A stretch of DNA of 64,000 bases from Candidatus Micrarchaeota archaeon (GTDB lineage Archaea; Micrarchaeota; Micrarchaeia; Micrarchaeales; CABMGC01), in NCBI GenBank assembly GCA_021827925.1, contig JAKATZ010000004.1, forward strand, positions 13,956 through 77,955, in the 5' to 3' direction. Every line of letters starts with the position of its first letter. Position 1 is the first letter of the stretch. The notes beneath the pieces were generated by a model, which ran no database searches, was not told the origin of the DNA, and saw nothing but the letters and a program-made list of their open reading frames with translations. The position numbers and the translations under genes were made by a program. Positions 28,857 through 39,056 of this stretch are shown here, piece after piece.

Positions 28857-28943
28857 CAGCTCGCCAAGAGGATTATTGTACGGCGAGGTGGTTAAAGGGT
28901 TCTACGGTGCCGGTCGATTGACGGACTAGAAAATAAGCTGGAG

Positions 28944-30536
28944 CTACTTTGAACCCCTCTTGCGGAGAAGACGCCCTATCTGCCGTCTTTTCGCGGCTAC
29001 GATATACGCTGCAATAATGATCACTGCCAGGTATATGATGTAGGAGATTATCCCTCCGGTGCCCTGCTGGGATCCCACTATTGCATAGTAGTTGCTCGTA
29101 CCATAATAGACCTGCTGAGGCGCGCCGTTGGACTGCTTCCAGTTTTCGTATATAGTTACAGGATACCTGCCGGACTGGGCCTTCTCATCCACGCTCACCT
29201 GGAAGGTCACGTTTGCAGTCTGGCCTGGTTCAAGATCGGCAAGGTAATAGCTTGAGGTGACAGGGGTTATCGGATACTGGCTCTGGAAACTGAGCTGCAG
29301 ATTCTTTGCTGCTATGTTTCCAGTATTGGTTATCCTTAACCTGAGCTGTGCGTTCGGTGAGCCCTGTGGCAGAAGATATTCGCCATTTGATATAGTGAAT
29401 GAAGAAGAAGGCACTACTGAAAGAGAGACTGTCTCATTTTTGGAGATAGGGCTGCCGTAGTTGGCAGGATAGTAGTCCACACGGGCCAGCAGGCTTGAGT
29501 TGTAAGAGCCGCCGTTGTTGGCACTGACAAGAAGGGCTTCCTGGACGCTCTGGCCAGGAGCTATGCTACCTATGAAAAAATTGTTGACTGAACCGAGTAC
29601 GCTGGTTCCGGGACCTGGAAGCACGCCGACGCTGACATTCTTAGCGGTGCCGTACCCTATGTTCGCAATCGAGAGAGTCACGGACTGGTTGTATCCCTGG
29701 TAGAGAGCCTGTGGAAATGCACCGGCTGCAGACACAACTATATCGGGATTGTCAACAGCAATGGATAGGTTCTGGTAGATGAGAGCATTCTGCACCGGAC
29801 CCACCTCGGGCGTGTAGCTGACGTGCATGGGCAGCCGATAGGTTCCGTTGCCTAGTGCCGGGCTGGCCTGATACTCCGCGTTTATCGAGACTGTGCCGTG
29901 TGGGGCTAGGTTGCCGATGCTGAAAGAGCTGCTCCCAAGAGCAGTGAAGTTAGCATCACTAATGAGCGAGAGGTTCAGTCCTTTTGCGGTGCCGTACCCT
30001 ATGTTTGAGACATCAAGCACAATCGGAAATTCTTCCCCTGGGGAAATGTGCGAAGGAGTGGAGACTATGCTTATTTTTGGGATGCCATGGACATAGAAGC
30101 TTATAGGTATCGTCGATTCGCCGGTGACTATCTCAGAGACGCCCGTGACAGTTGTTACCGTTGTCTGGTAATAAGCCACAAGAGTGAGGTTGTACTCCCC
30201 AGACACGGTATCCTGAGGTATCTTCACGTTATAGGTGAAGTACGTTGTCGAACCGCCGTATATGCCCTGGCTCATCGTAGTTATGAGATTGGAGTGCGTC
30301 GGCGATATGTTTAGTATAGGATAGGCTCCTTCAAGCTCAAGGTTTACGTTGCTGAGCGATGATGAGTATGAATCGTATATCTGGAAAGAGACAGTCATGT
30401 TGCTCCCGGCAGTGACGGGATCGGGAGATATGCGGAGGTTGTAAGGGGAGAGTGCACCCGTCTGCGTCCCCTGACCATAGACGGGCAGTAGGAATGCCAG
30501 GAAAGCCAGAGATATTAAAGGCAGCGCGTTCTTCAT
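28944..30536 (-). CDS. Surface protein with repeated CARDB/S-layer-like (COG1361-type) domains and a C-terminal anchor
   Basis: Signal peptide MKNALPLISLAFLAFLL. Repeated NIGYGTAKGLNLS / NIGYGTAKNVSV / NTGNIAAKNLQLS modules. C-terminal TM plus basic tail KRRQIGRLLRKRGSK. Confidence 0.65.
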   Translation of the reverse strand: MKNALPLISLAFLAFLLPVYGQGTQTGALSPYNLRISPDPVTAGSNMTVSFQIYDSYSSSLSNVNLELEGAYPILNISPTHSNLITTMSQGIYGGSTTYFTYNVKIPQDTVSGEYNLTLVAYYQTTVTTVTGVSEIVTGESTIPISFYVHGIPKISIVSTPSHISPGEEFPIVLDVSNIGYGTAKGLNLSLISDANFTALGSSSFSIGNLAPHGTVSINAEYQASPALGNGTYRLPMHVSYTPEVGPVQNALIYQNLSIAVDNPDIVVSAAGAFPQALYQGYNQSVTLSIANIGYGTAKNVSVGVLPGPGTSVLGSVNNFFIGSIAPGQSVQEALLVSANNGGSYNSSLLARVDYYPANYGSPISKNETVSLSVVPSSSFTISNGEYLLPQGSPNAQLRLRITNTGNIAAKNLQLSFQSQYPITPVTSSYYLADLEPGQTANVTFQVSVDEKAQSGRYPVTIYENWKQSNGAPQQVYYGTSNYYAIVGSQQGTGGIISYIIYLAVIIIAAYIVAAKRRQIGRLLRKRGSK

Positions 30537-30550
30537 TCATTCACCAAAGA

Positions 30551-31672
30551 TCATTCTATTGTATTCTTGAACAGTATAAAACTGGCTATTACTGCTACTG
30601 CAGTGAATATAATCATTACCCCGAAGTCGGTGATCATGCTGCTGATCGGGAAGAACCCGTTTAGCATTACGGACCTTATGCCGTTGGTCGCATAGGTGAG
30701 GGGATCGTAAGTGCTGAATGGCTGCAGTATGGGCGGGAAGGAAGACGTTGGGAAGAACGCCCCGGAGAGGAACCATGCCGGCATCACGAATGACTGCGCA
30801 CCTATGGTGTATACCTCTATACGTTTTATCCTTGAACCCAAAAGGAGCGTTATCCCGGAGAACGCCATGCCTGTGAGGGCCAGCATCGCGAGTATGTAGG
30901 GTATGCCGAGCAAGCCCATCGCTATTTTTGCACCAAGAACCAGTCCGATTATTATTGCAAGTATGCCGTAGATTATTGACTGCAGTGTTCCAGACAGCAG
31001 CTTGCCGATCAGTATCGCTTTTTTGTTTATAGGAGTGATGAGAAACGCCTTAATGTTCCCGAGCTGGCGGTCTATTATTATTGACATTCCACCTCCGAAT
31101 ACAGCCCCGAAAGCCACAGCCATCAGTATGACGCTCGCTACCAGAAAATCGCGATAGTTGCTGCCTGTTCCCTGCGTAGAGACCGTTTTTACCAGACCTG
31201 CCTGCTCAGCGCTGCTGCCAACGTTCGCACCGAAAGCCGCTGCCGATGACGCGATAGCGGATAGGACAGCACCAGCCTGCGAAAACTCGCTGCCGGAATA
31301 ATACAAGTAAACACTTGGCGACCCGTTGCTCGACCGCGGGAATGAAGGGAGTATTACAAGAACGGCCTCGACTGTTCCGGAGTGAAGCATTCCAAGTCCC
31401 GTCTCCTGGTTTGTGAGAGAAGTTACCGAAACAACCTTGTTTGCCTCGAGGCTGTTTATGAACTGCACGGATGAAGGATTGTTTGCGTAATTTGCCACTG
31501 CCACGGGGATGCCGGTTATGCTTGATCCGAGGCTTCCGAAGAATATCAGGATTATTAAGGGAAAGATCATTGACCGTATCAGGTTTGTGCGGAGGTTGCT
31601 CTGGAAGAGAAGCATCTCCCTCTTGTATATTGTCATTGAGTCCTGGATAAGTCCCAATTCATACACCTGCAC
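30551..31672 (-). CDS. ABC-2 type transporter permease
   Basis: An N-terminal TM, a large extracytoplasmic loop and a C-terminal bundle of about 5 TM. Overlaps the ATPase gene by 14 nt. Confidence 0.7.
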   Translation of the reverse strand: MQVYELGLIQDSMTIYKREMLLFQSNLRTNLIRSMIFPLIILIFFGSLGSSITGIPVAVANYANNPSSVQFINSLEANKVVSVTSLTNQETGLGMLHSGTVEAVLVILPSFPRSSNGSPSVYLYYSGSEFSQAGAVLSAIASSAAAFGANVGSSAEQAGLVKTVSTQGTGSNYRDFLVASVILMAVAFGAVFGGGMSIIIDRQLGNIKAFLITPINKKAILIGKLLSGTLQSIIYGILAIIIGLVLGAKIAMGLLGIPYILAMLALTGMAFSGITLLLGSRIKRIEVYTIGAQSFVMPAWFLSGAFFPTSSFPPILQPFSTYDPLTYATNGIRSVMLNGFFPISSMITDFGVMIIFTAVAVIASFILFKNTIE

Positions 31673-32651
31673 GCAGCCGTGTGAGACTCGATTGCTGCTC
31701 TACGGTAGTGTCCCTAAAGCTTGCGCCGGTTAGCTTTATAAAAACATCGTCAAGGGTTGGCAGACGTATGCTTATCTCATGCACGTCTATGCCGGCCTTC
31801 TCTATGGCCTCTGCAGCCTTGCGCAGTTGATAGAGTGGGCGATCGCTTATCTGCACTTCTATCCGGCCGTCTTTCTCGGCGGACTCGGAGCCGAGGACAG
31901 TGCCAAGTAGTTTCCTTAGCGCAGGAACATCATCATGCGCCGCAGAGACACTCAGGACCCTGCCTTTCGCAACTATCTTTTTTAACTCAGCCGCAGTGCC
32001 TATAGCGCTCACCTTGCCATGATCGATTATCGCTATCCTGTCGCACAGGGCATCGGCTTCCTCAAGATACTGGGTAGTTAGTATTATCGTTATCCCCTTC
32101 TTGTTCAGGCGCCTTATCTCGGACCACATATTAACCCGGCTCTGTATGTCAAGGCCTGTGGTAGGTTCATCGAGTATGAGCACTCTCGGTTCCTGTATCA
32201 TTGACTTCACAAGGTTCAGGCGCCTTTGCATCCCTCCGGAGAAGGTGCCTGCAGGCTTGTCTGCGAAATCGACAAGGTCGGCTTCTGCGAGGGCTCGGTT
32301 GACGCTTTCCTCTATCTCAGCCGTGGGCACATGATACAACCTTGCGAATATGCGCAGATTGTCCCTAGCAGTGAGATAGCTCTCCACAACAGTCTCCTGT
32401 GTCATGAAGCCGATCATCTGCTTGACCTTTTCCGGATGCTTGACGCTGTCGTAGCCTTCAACAGTTATGTGGCCTGAACTCGGCACCAGTAGACCGAGGA
32501 CCATGTTCAGTGTCGTGGTCTTGCCTGCGCCGTTCGGGCCCAGTATTCCGAATATCTCCCCGTGCTTTATCTTAAGGTTCACGCCCTTTACCGCTTCGAG
32601 GTTGCCGAATCTTTTGGTAATGTTGACTATGTCCACAGAATACTCTGCCAT
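31659..32651 (-). CDS. ABC transporter ATP-binding protein (DrrA/CcmA-like)
   Basis: Walker A GPNGAGKTTT, signature FSGGMQRRL, Walker B LILDEPTTGLD. Confidence 0.85.
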   Translation of the reverse strand: MAEYSVDIVNITKRFGNLEAVKGVNLKIKHGEIFGILGPNGAGKTTTLNMVLGLLVPSSGHITVEGYDSVKHPEKVKQMIGFMTQETVVESYLTARDNLRIFARLYHVPTAEIEESVNRALAEADLVDFADKPAGTFSGGMQRRLNLVKSMIQEPRVLILDEPTTGLDIQSRVNMWSEIRRLNKKGITIILTTQYLEEADALCDRIAIIDHGKVSAIGTAAELKKIVAKGRVLSVSAAHDDVPALRKLLGTVLGSESAEKDGRIEVQISDRPLYQLRKAAEAIEKAGIDVHEISIRLPTLDDVFIKLTGASFRDTTVEQQSSLTRLRAGV

Positions 32652-32654
32652 GCA

Positions 32655-33035
32655 TTATCCCTCGAACTCGACCTCTATCAGCCTTCGCGCTTCGGCTAGG
32701 AATCCCGAGATCATCCTTTTTGAATTGTTTGCAACCTTTGCGCCGTACGGGGTTAGCTCGTACCTTTTCTGTGCCACGCGGCCGCGCATGACTGCCTTGC
32801 TCCTGACGAATCCTTTCTTTTCAAGCGCATTGAGTATATTGTATATCTCGCTCTTGCCCATCCTGCCGACGATAGGGTAATCCCTTTCGCGCAGATTCTT
32901 AAGAAGAGCGTATGGGTGTGTCTTTTTCCTACGTATTGAGTTGAGTATTATTATCTTCGCAAAGCCGCTTTTGAGCGTGCCGTCGATTATTCCGTACTTT
33001 CCCGTACCTGCCCTTGTTTCCGTTCCACCACCCAT
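32655..33035 (-). CDS. PadR-family winged-helix transcriptional regulator
   Basis: THPYALLKNLRE...GKSEIYNILNALEKKGFV fits the PadR recognition helix and wing pattern. It heads the ABC operon. Confidence 0.6.
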   Translation of the reverse strand: MGGGTETRAGTGKYGIIDGTLKSGFAKIIILNSIRRKKTHPYALLKNLRERDYPIVGRMGKSEIYNILNALEKKGFVRSKAVMRGRVAQKRYELTPYGAKVANNSKRMISGFLAEARRLIEVEFEG

Positions 33036-33187
33036 AATGGTCTAAACTTAGACTAATATAAGTGAATGGCAAAGTATAAAACGGTTTGCGAACTCAGAAC
33101 GTGAGGTGCAATTGCACTGACAGGACGGATGTACACAGAATATAATAACCTATTGCATTTATTTATTGAGTGCAGAACAGTGAGAGG

Positions 33188-35998
33188 ATGGAGTACAAGG
33201 AGATTGAGGATAGATGGCAGAGGGAATGGGACGAAGCGAGGCTTTTTGAGAGCAACGTGGATTCCAGGCCTTCTTACTTTGTAACTGCGGCCTTTCCTTA
33301 CGCCAATGCGCCGCAGCACATAGGCCATTTGAGGACCTTCGGAACGGCCGACGTTCTTGCCAGGTACAAAAGGATGAGGGGATTCAACGTTCTCTTCCCG
33401 ATGGGCTTCCACGCGACAGGCACACCAGTGCTTGCGTTTGCAAAGAGAATAAAAAGCAGGGATGAAGATCTTGTGAAGGAGCTGAAGCTCTTCAGCATAC
33501 CTGATGAGGAGATAGCGAAGATGACTGATCCTACGTACATCGCAAATTATTTTGTTAAAGAGATAGAACGGGGGATGCACCTAGCGGGTTTCAGCATAGA
33601 CTGGAGGCGCAAGTTCGTCTCGATAGACCCATTCTTCAGCAAGATGATCGAGTGGCAGTTCGGTAAGCTCAATGATAAGGGGTTCCTCATACGCGGGAAG
33701 CATGCGGTGGGATGGTGCCCCAATGAGAACAATGCGGTTGGTATGCATGATACCAAGCATGATGTTGAGCCGGAGATAGAGAAAGAGGTAGCGATAAGGT
33801 TCAGGATAAAGGGGGAAGATTCCTACCTGCTATGTGTTACGCTGAGGCCTGAAACAATACACGGGGTAACAAATCTGTTCGTGAATGAGAATGCGAAATA
33901 CGCGCTGTGCAGCATGGAAGGCGCAAAGGGCAAGTATTATATTGCGAAGGAAAGCATACCTTCCCTGAAATACCAGTTTTCCATCGTTGCTTCCGGGGAG
34001 GCCAGCGGTTCTGAACTTATAGGCAAGAGTTGTGCGAATCCCATAACAGGCGCGGAGCTTCCTGTGCTCCCGGGCTTCTTTGTCAATGAGGGCATTGGAA
34101 CGGGAGTTGTTATGAGCGTTCCGGCCCATGCCCCATTCGATTACGCCGCAGTGGAAAGGCTTAAGGCAGAAGGAAAGGCCGATAACATAGAACCGATAAT
34201 CGTGCTTGAGACGGGTGAACTGGAGGAGGGAGAGATACCTGCTCTTGCATATATGCGCAAGGCGGGGGCCGAGCCGGGTTCGGACGAGAAACTCCTTGAG
34301 ATTGCGACAAAGCTGCAGTATAAGGCGGAATCACACAAGGGGAGGATGATCGCGGATGGCTTGAAGGGACTTACTGAGCCAGAGGCAAGAGAGAAGATAA
34401 AAGGCATGTTGCTGGGTAGTGGCGATGCACTGGAGGTCTACGCGCTGGCGAACGAAGGCAATGTTATGTGCAGATGCGGTACTGGGGTTGTGGTGAAGGT
34501 GGTTGACAACCAATGGTTTCTGAATTACGGCGATGCGAAGTGGAAGGAAACTGCAAAGGATGCACTCGGAAACATGAACATACTCCCTGAGAAGAGCAGG
34601 AATGCATTCGAATCCGCACTGGAATGGATAAACCTCAGGGCTGTTGTGAGGGCGCAGGGCCTCGGTACGAAGTTTCCTTTCGAAAAACAGTACATAATAG
34701 AATCGTTATCGGATTCTACAGTGTACATGGCATTCTACACGATATCCCACATAATAAGGGAGGTCGATCCTGAGAGGCTTACTCCTGCTTTCTTCAGCTT
34801 CGTCTTCCTGGGAGAGGGCAATGCAGGGGACGTTGCCAAGGAGACAGGCATAGATTTCGACAAAGTCAGGAAGAGCAGAGAATCTTTCGAGTACTGGTAC
34901 AATGAGACATCGCGGCACTCAGGGCCCGATCTTATCTTCAACCATCTTACCATGTACATATTCAACCATGCCGCCATATTCGAAAGGAAGCGATGGCCGA
35001 AGCAGATAGTGGTAAACGGATCCGTTCTGTGCGAGGGCGAGAAGATGAGCAAGAGCCTTGGCAACATAATACCTCTTGCTGACGCGTTTGCAAAATACGG
35101 AGTAGACCCGCTAAGGTTTGTTGTGATCGCAGGGGCAGAGTTATTCAGCGATTCCGAATTCAACGACGAGGCTGTTAATGGAGTTAGGGAGCGTTTCGAG
35201 TACCTGCACAATGCCAGCAGGAATGCAGATGGCCTGGGAATGGGCGAGCTGAATCGCATGGATTACTGGCTCTATTCAAAACTCAATAGAAAAATAGACG
35301 GGATCACAGCGTCAATGGAGAAGCTTGAGCTGCGCGACGCATCTACGCAGCTCCTTTACAACACGGTCTTAGAGCTAAAGAGATATTTTGCAAAAGGGGG
35401 CAACAATTCTATGGTAGTGAAAGATTATCTCTCGAAGGTTATTCTGATGATGCAGCCCATAGCGCCGCACGTTTCTGAAGAGCTGTGGCACATGCTTGGC
35501 AACAATAGCTTCGCATCTGCAGAAAGTTGGCCCAGTGCGGATAAGGAGATGATAAGCGAAGTTATTGAGGAAGGGGAAGAGCTTGTGGAGCGGGCAGTGT
35601 TGGACGCAAAGCAGGTGATGGAGCTCATGGGCAGGAAAGGAAGAGGCTCTGCCAGAGAAATAAGGATAATAACCGCGGGGGCATGGAAGCACGACGCGCT
35701 GGGCATCATTTCAGAGACGAAGGACATAGGAAAGACAGTGGCTGGCATACGGGATAAATACCCTTCGATAAGCTCCGATATCGTATCCAAATACGCAGCG
35801 GTGCTGATGAGGAAGACCAATGAACTGAGGAAAGGGGCCCTTGGCTATGAAGAAGAATACGAGGCGTTTCTTGATTCCAGCGAGTATATAGCTAAGCTCC
35901 TGGGGGTGAAGGTAAGAATTGAGAAGGAGGAGGATTCCGATTCCCAGAGGGCTTCAAGGGCATCGCCAATGAAACCCAGCATCGATGTGCTCTCGTGA
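33188..35998 (+). CDS. leuS: Leucyl-tRNA synthetase (archaeal type)
   Basis: HIGH motif (PQHIGHLRT), KMSKS motif (EKMSKSLGN) and a CP1 editing insertion. The ATG at 33188 is preferred over the GTG at 33170. Confidence 0.9.
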   Translation: MEYKEIEDRWQREWDEARLFESNVDSRPSYFVTAAFPYANAPQHIGHLRTFGTADVLARYKRMRGFNVLFPMGFHATGTPVLAFAKRIKSRDEDLVKELKLFSIPDEEIAKMTDPTYIANYFVKEIERGMHLAGFSIDWRRKFVSIDPFFSKMIEWQFGKLNDKGFLIRGKHAVGWCPNENNAVGMHDTKHDVEPEIEKEVAIRFRIKGEDSYLLCVTLRPETIHGVTNLFVNENAKYALCSMEGAKGKYYIAKESIPSLKYQFSIVASGEASGSELIGKSCANPITGAELPVLPGFFVNEGIGTGVVMSVPAHAPFDYAAVERLKAEGKADNIEPIIVLETGELEEGEIPALAYMRKAGAEPGSDEKLLEIATKLQYKAESHKGRMIADGLKGLTEPEAREKIKGMLLGSGDALEVYALANEGNVMCRCGTGVVVKVVDNQWFLNYGDAKWKETAKDALGNMNILPEKSRNAFESALEWINLRAVVRAQGLGTKFPFEKQYIIESLSDSTVYMAFYTISHIIREVDPERLTPAFFSFVFLGEGNAGDVAKETGIDFDKVRKSRESFEYWYNETSRHSGPDLIFNHLTMYIFNHAAIFERKRWPKQIVVNGSVLCEGEKMSKSLGNIIPLADAFAKYGVDPLRFVVIAGAELFSDSEFNDEAVNGVRERFEYLHNASRNADGLGMGELNRMDYWLYSKLNRKIDGITASMEKLELRDASTQLLYNTVLELKRYFAKGGNNSMVVKDYLSKVILMMQPIAPHVSEELWHMLGNNSFASAESWPSADKEMISEVIEEGEELVERAVLDAKQVMELMGRKGRGSAREIRIITAGAWKHDALGIISETKDIGKTVAGIRDKYPSISSDIVSKYAAVLMRKTNELRKGALGYEEEYEAFLDSSEYIAKLLGVKVRIEKEEDSDSQRASRASPMKPSIDVLS

Positions 35999-36063
35999 GC
36001 CGGATCCTATTACGTAAGCCGACGCATCCGCAGGCCGTTTTGCTGATTTTCAAAGAAAGCCTT

Positions 36064-36774
36064 TCATAGCGGTCTGAAGAGCATGCCGGTTGAGAGTTTC
36101 GCGAGAACCACTATGAGCACAAATGAGAAGAGCATGGATTCTATGATTGCTATTCCTGGGTTCAGAGAGAAGAGAAGTACGAACACTGTAACAAGCAGGG
36201 CGGCGTAGACCCCCTTGTTCCAGGCCAATATCTTGCTCCCATCAAGAGGGTATACGGGCAGCATGTTTATGAAGCTCAGCCAGATATTGATATAGAGGGT
36301 AAGCCAGAGCCCTATGGCGAGGTAGCTGTTATGGTTGATGTTTGAAAGGTAAAAGACGGCAAATAGTAACAGGAATATCGCGAAGTTTGTCAAAGGACCC
36401 GCTATTGAGACGTAGCCGTCCTGCTTCCTTGTAAGAGTGTTGGTATAGAGCATTGTCGCCCCAGGAAGGGCCATGAGGAATCCGAACATGCTTGTGAAAA
36501 GTGCGACGATTATCCCGAAGTCCGACCTCTTGAACGCGGCTATTATCCCGAAGCGCTCAGCGACTTTCTTGTGCATGTATTCATGCGGAAGGAATGATAG
36601 CGTCACAGCCATGAACGTTATCGGAAGCAGGTACAGCAGCGAGAAACCCTTTGACACGGAGGAGAAGATGCCTCCGGAAAGAAGTATGGCGAATGCTACG
36701 CTGAGGCCGATATCGGCTATTGCCATGTCCTTCAGCTCTTCTGAAATTGATACGTGCTGCCGGTAGACTCCCAT
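36064..36774 (-). CDS. Site-2 protease family (peptidase M50) membrane metalloprotease
   Basis: HEYMH (HExxH) in a TM helix and LPVYPLDGSKIL (NxxPxxxLDG-type) motif. Polytopic. Confidence 0.75.
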   Translation of the reverse strand: MGVYRQHVSISEELKDMAIADIGLSVAFAILLSGGIFSSVSKGFSLLYLLPITFMAVTLSFLPHEYMHKKVAERFGIIAAFKRSDFGIIVALFTSMFGFLMALPGATMLYTNTLTRKQDGYVSIAGPLTNFAIFLLLFAVFYLSNINHNSYLAIGLWLTLYINIWLSFINMLPVYPLDGSKILAWNKGVYAALLVTVFVLLFSLNPGIAIIESMLFSFVLIVVLAKLSTGMLFRPL

Positions 36775-36893
36775 TGAAGCGCATATGATATTGGATCATC
36801 AAGCTTAAAATATATGGCGTTCTTCAGCTAGCCGGCAGTTGGCGCCGGGCGAGACACCCAGTTAAAAACCTTACCTTCCATTCAGTATCCGGT

Positions 36894-37865
36894 GTGCTTA
36901 CGGAAAGCCTAGATCCTAAAAGAGCGGATTTCCCAAACAGCATAGCTGGGCTTTCTGAGAGGCTTCTAAGCTTGGGGGATGAGTTCAGGGATGTAGAGAT
37001 TGCAATGCTCTGGAAGGAGGCCGATGGGATAATCGAGAACAGCGGTCCGCTAACCAAAATCGTCCTGAAAGTCGGTGGGAGGGGCCTCAGCAAAGAGATA
37101 GCAGTGTACGTAACTGCGGTTTCCATGCTCCTTCTATACAGTGTAGATGTAGATTCATACAATCTGACGAAGCTCTTAAGCGCCGTTGATATGCCTCCGG
37201 ACATGAATATGATGAAGGCAATCCTGTCTTCAAAACTCAACAACATAGCCTCCTATTTTCCAATGCTCTATTACCTTGGTGTTATCGGCAAGGAGCCTAC
37301 GGTAGAACTCCTCGATTCCATAGCCGTGGCTGTAGGGCTTCCATCAAACCTGCCGCTTGCAGCCCATGCTCTGAATCTCTTCCGCGAGATAGTGAACGAT
37401 TCCTGGAGGCGCGGGGCAAGGCCTTCCAACAAAGCAGACGCGATGGAGGAGACGCGCGCCATCCTGGCATCGATGATTACCACAATGGCAAGAATAGTGA
37501 ACGGAGAGGTGAAGGATGCCCTCTCCAGGAAGGGCATGATGGAAATGGCCGCAGCAGGTTATCTCAATTACTTCTCCACGTATGTGATATTCGTATCCAA
37601 CGGCATACCTATAACGCGCGACGCGGTGATGCGTATACTTGAATGTGTGGGGATCACGCCAGAGGACCGTATGTTGGATTTCCTTTCCACAATGAATTAT
37701 GAAAGTGCAACCCTGGCGTATGTGGCGGCGATATACCTGATTGTCTCTTCCGGCAAAGAGCCAACGCTCAAAGGTATAAACAAGGTAGATCAAGCGCTTG
37801 GAAAGACGGCGGACAGCGCAAACGCCGCATTCTTCCTGAAAGAATACAACGACACCAGGAGATAA
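36894..37865 (+). CDS. Protein with four tandem ribosomal stalk P1/P2 (L12)-like N-terminal domains and no acidic tail
   Basis: Four segments of about 50 aa resemble the archaeal P1 N-terminal domain (MEYVYAALLLHSVGKEI..): MLYYLGVIGKEPTVELLDSIAVAVGL, YVAAIYLIVSSGKEPTLKGINKVDQALG, YVIFVSNGIPITRDAVMRILECVGI and MLLLYSVDVDSYNLTKLLSAVDM. GTG start. Confidence 0.5.
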   Translation: MLTESLDPKRADFPNSIAGLSERLLSLGDEFRDVEIAMLWKEADGIIENSGPLTKIVLKVGGRGLSKEIAVYVTAVSMLLLYSVDVDSYNLTKLLSAVDMPPDMNMMKAILSSKLNNIASYFPMLYYLGVIGKEPTVELLDSIAVAVGLPSNLPLAAHALNLFREIVNDSWRRGARPSNKADAMEETRAILASMITTMARIVNGEVKDALSRKGMMEMAAAGYLNYFSTYVIFVSNGIPITRDAVMRILECVGITPEDRMLDFLSTMNYESATLAYVAAIYLIVSSGKEPTLKGINKVDQALGKTADSANAAFFLKEYNDTRR

Positions 37866-37880
37866 TCACCGGCTCCCATA

Positions 37881-39041
37881 TCAGACGGATCCCTCACGCT
37901 GCCTCTTCTTTTCCTCAATGCTCTCGATGAATCTCTCCCTTCCGTATATTATCAGAATGGAACCAAGCGCAACGAATGCGATGTAACCCATTGCACCCCA
38001 CCTCACGTTTTTCATGAAATCAAGGTTTATGCCACTAAGGTGCATGCTGTTTATGCGTATGGGATTTTGGAAGAGTGCGTGTGGCTTGCACGATGCTTCC
38101 GAACTGCGCACATTCTGTAGCAGCGAGTCTGCGCCGTCGAGATAGCCGGATGAGCTGTTCAGAGTCACGGGCTCCGTTCCTGACGCGGTTGTGTTGTTCG
38201 CGTATTCCTCGTAAAGGCTCTTGTCAAAGGCACGGCAATTCGCAAGCACGCTCCTGTTTGCCGCGTATTCCTCCTCTGCGATTCCCGCAGCGTTATCCGC
38301 GGCTATGACATTGTTTTCTATCCTGTTGGAGATATTGTCGAAAGACTCGAACTGCGCACTCGCGCCTGTCATGATTATATTGGCAGTGGTGATATTATAC
38401 GCGGCCTGATCCAGCTCCGACTCAGTTATCGCCCGTTGGGCGTTGTAGACATACGGCTGGGTCTGATTCAGGTAACCGCTCACTATCGAGTTGCATATGT
38501 CGTACACTCCGCAGAAATAGCTGTAGGTTTCGTTCTCCGTGTAGTATCTGGCGTAAGTGGATTCGTACAGATTCGCGAGATAGCCTCCGGACTGGTTAAG
38601 ATAGTGATGCACGGTTATATTGAAAGATACGCTGAAATTAACCTGCGGGTAGCTCGAAGAGACGAAGTCTATGGCCACCTTCCTTGTACTGCTCCCATTG
38701 CCTTCAAGCAGCGAGAAAGGCACAAGCGAGACAGTGCAGACCACTGTAGAAAGGCTGCCGACCTCGCATCTGCTTCCAAGGATCCCCATCGGCATGCTAA
38801 CGTTGTAAGGGTCCTCCTGCCATGCTGTGAAATTGCCATATAAGGGCTTGTATGGGTTTGATACGGCGAAAGTAACGGGTATCCTCTGCCCGTCAACACA
38901 ACTCACGTAGCTAGAGTTGAACTGCCAACACTGGCCTGCTACTCCGCTCAGTATAGGTATTGCGTTCATGGCCGCAGCAGGAACGATGCCAATGGCAGCA
39001 AAGACGGCAAGCCAGCTAAGATATGTTATTTTCAGCTCCAT
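37881..39041 (-). CDS. Putative surface glycoprotein (N-terminal signal/TM, C-terminal TM anchor)
   Basis: N-terminal hydrophobic segment, more than 12 NxS/T sequons, and a C-terminal TM followed by a charged tail. No family recognised. Confidence 0.5.
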   Translation of the reverse strand: MELKITYLSWLAVFAAIGIVPAAAMNAIPILSGVAGQCWQFNSSYVSCVDGQRIPVTFAVSNPYKPLYGNFTAWQEDPYNVSMPMGILGSRCEVGSLSTVVCTVSLVPFSLLEGNGSSTRKVAIDFVSSSYPQVNFSVSFNITVHHYLNQSGGYLANLYESTYARYYTENETYSYFCGVYDICNSIVSGYLNQTQPYVYNAQRAITESELDQAAYNITTANIIMTGASAQFESFDNISNRIENNVIAADNAAGIAEEEYAANRSVLANCRAFDKSLYEEYANNTTASGTEPVTLNSSSGYLDGADSLLQNVRSSEASCKPHALFQNPIRINSMHLSGINLDFMKNVRWGAMGYIAFVALGSILIIYGRERFIESIEEKKRQREGSV

Positions 39042-39056
39042 CCAAGCACCGGAAGC

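Noticed and set aside
33053-33580. 175-aa minus-strand ORF overlapping the leuS start region.
   Set aside because: It overlaps the HIGH-motif region of leuS on the opposite strand and runs through the leuS promoter spacer.
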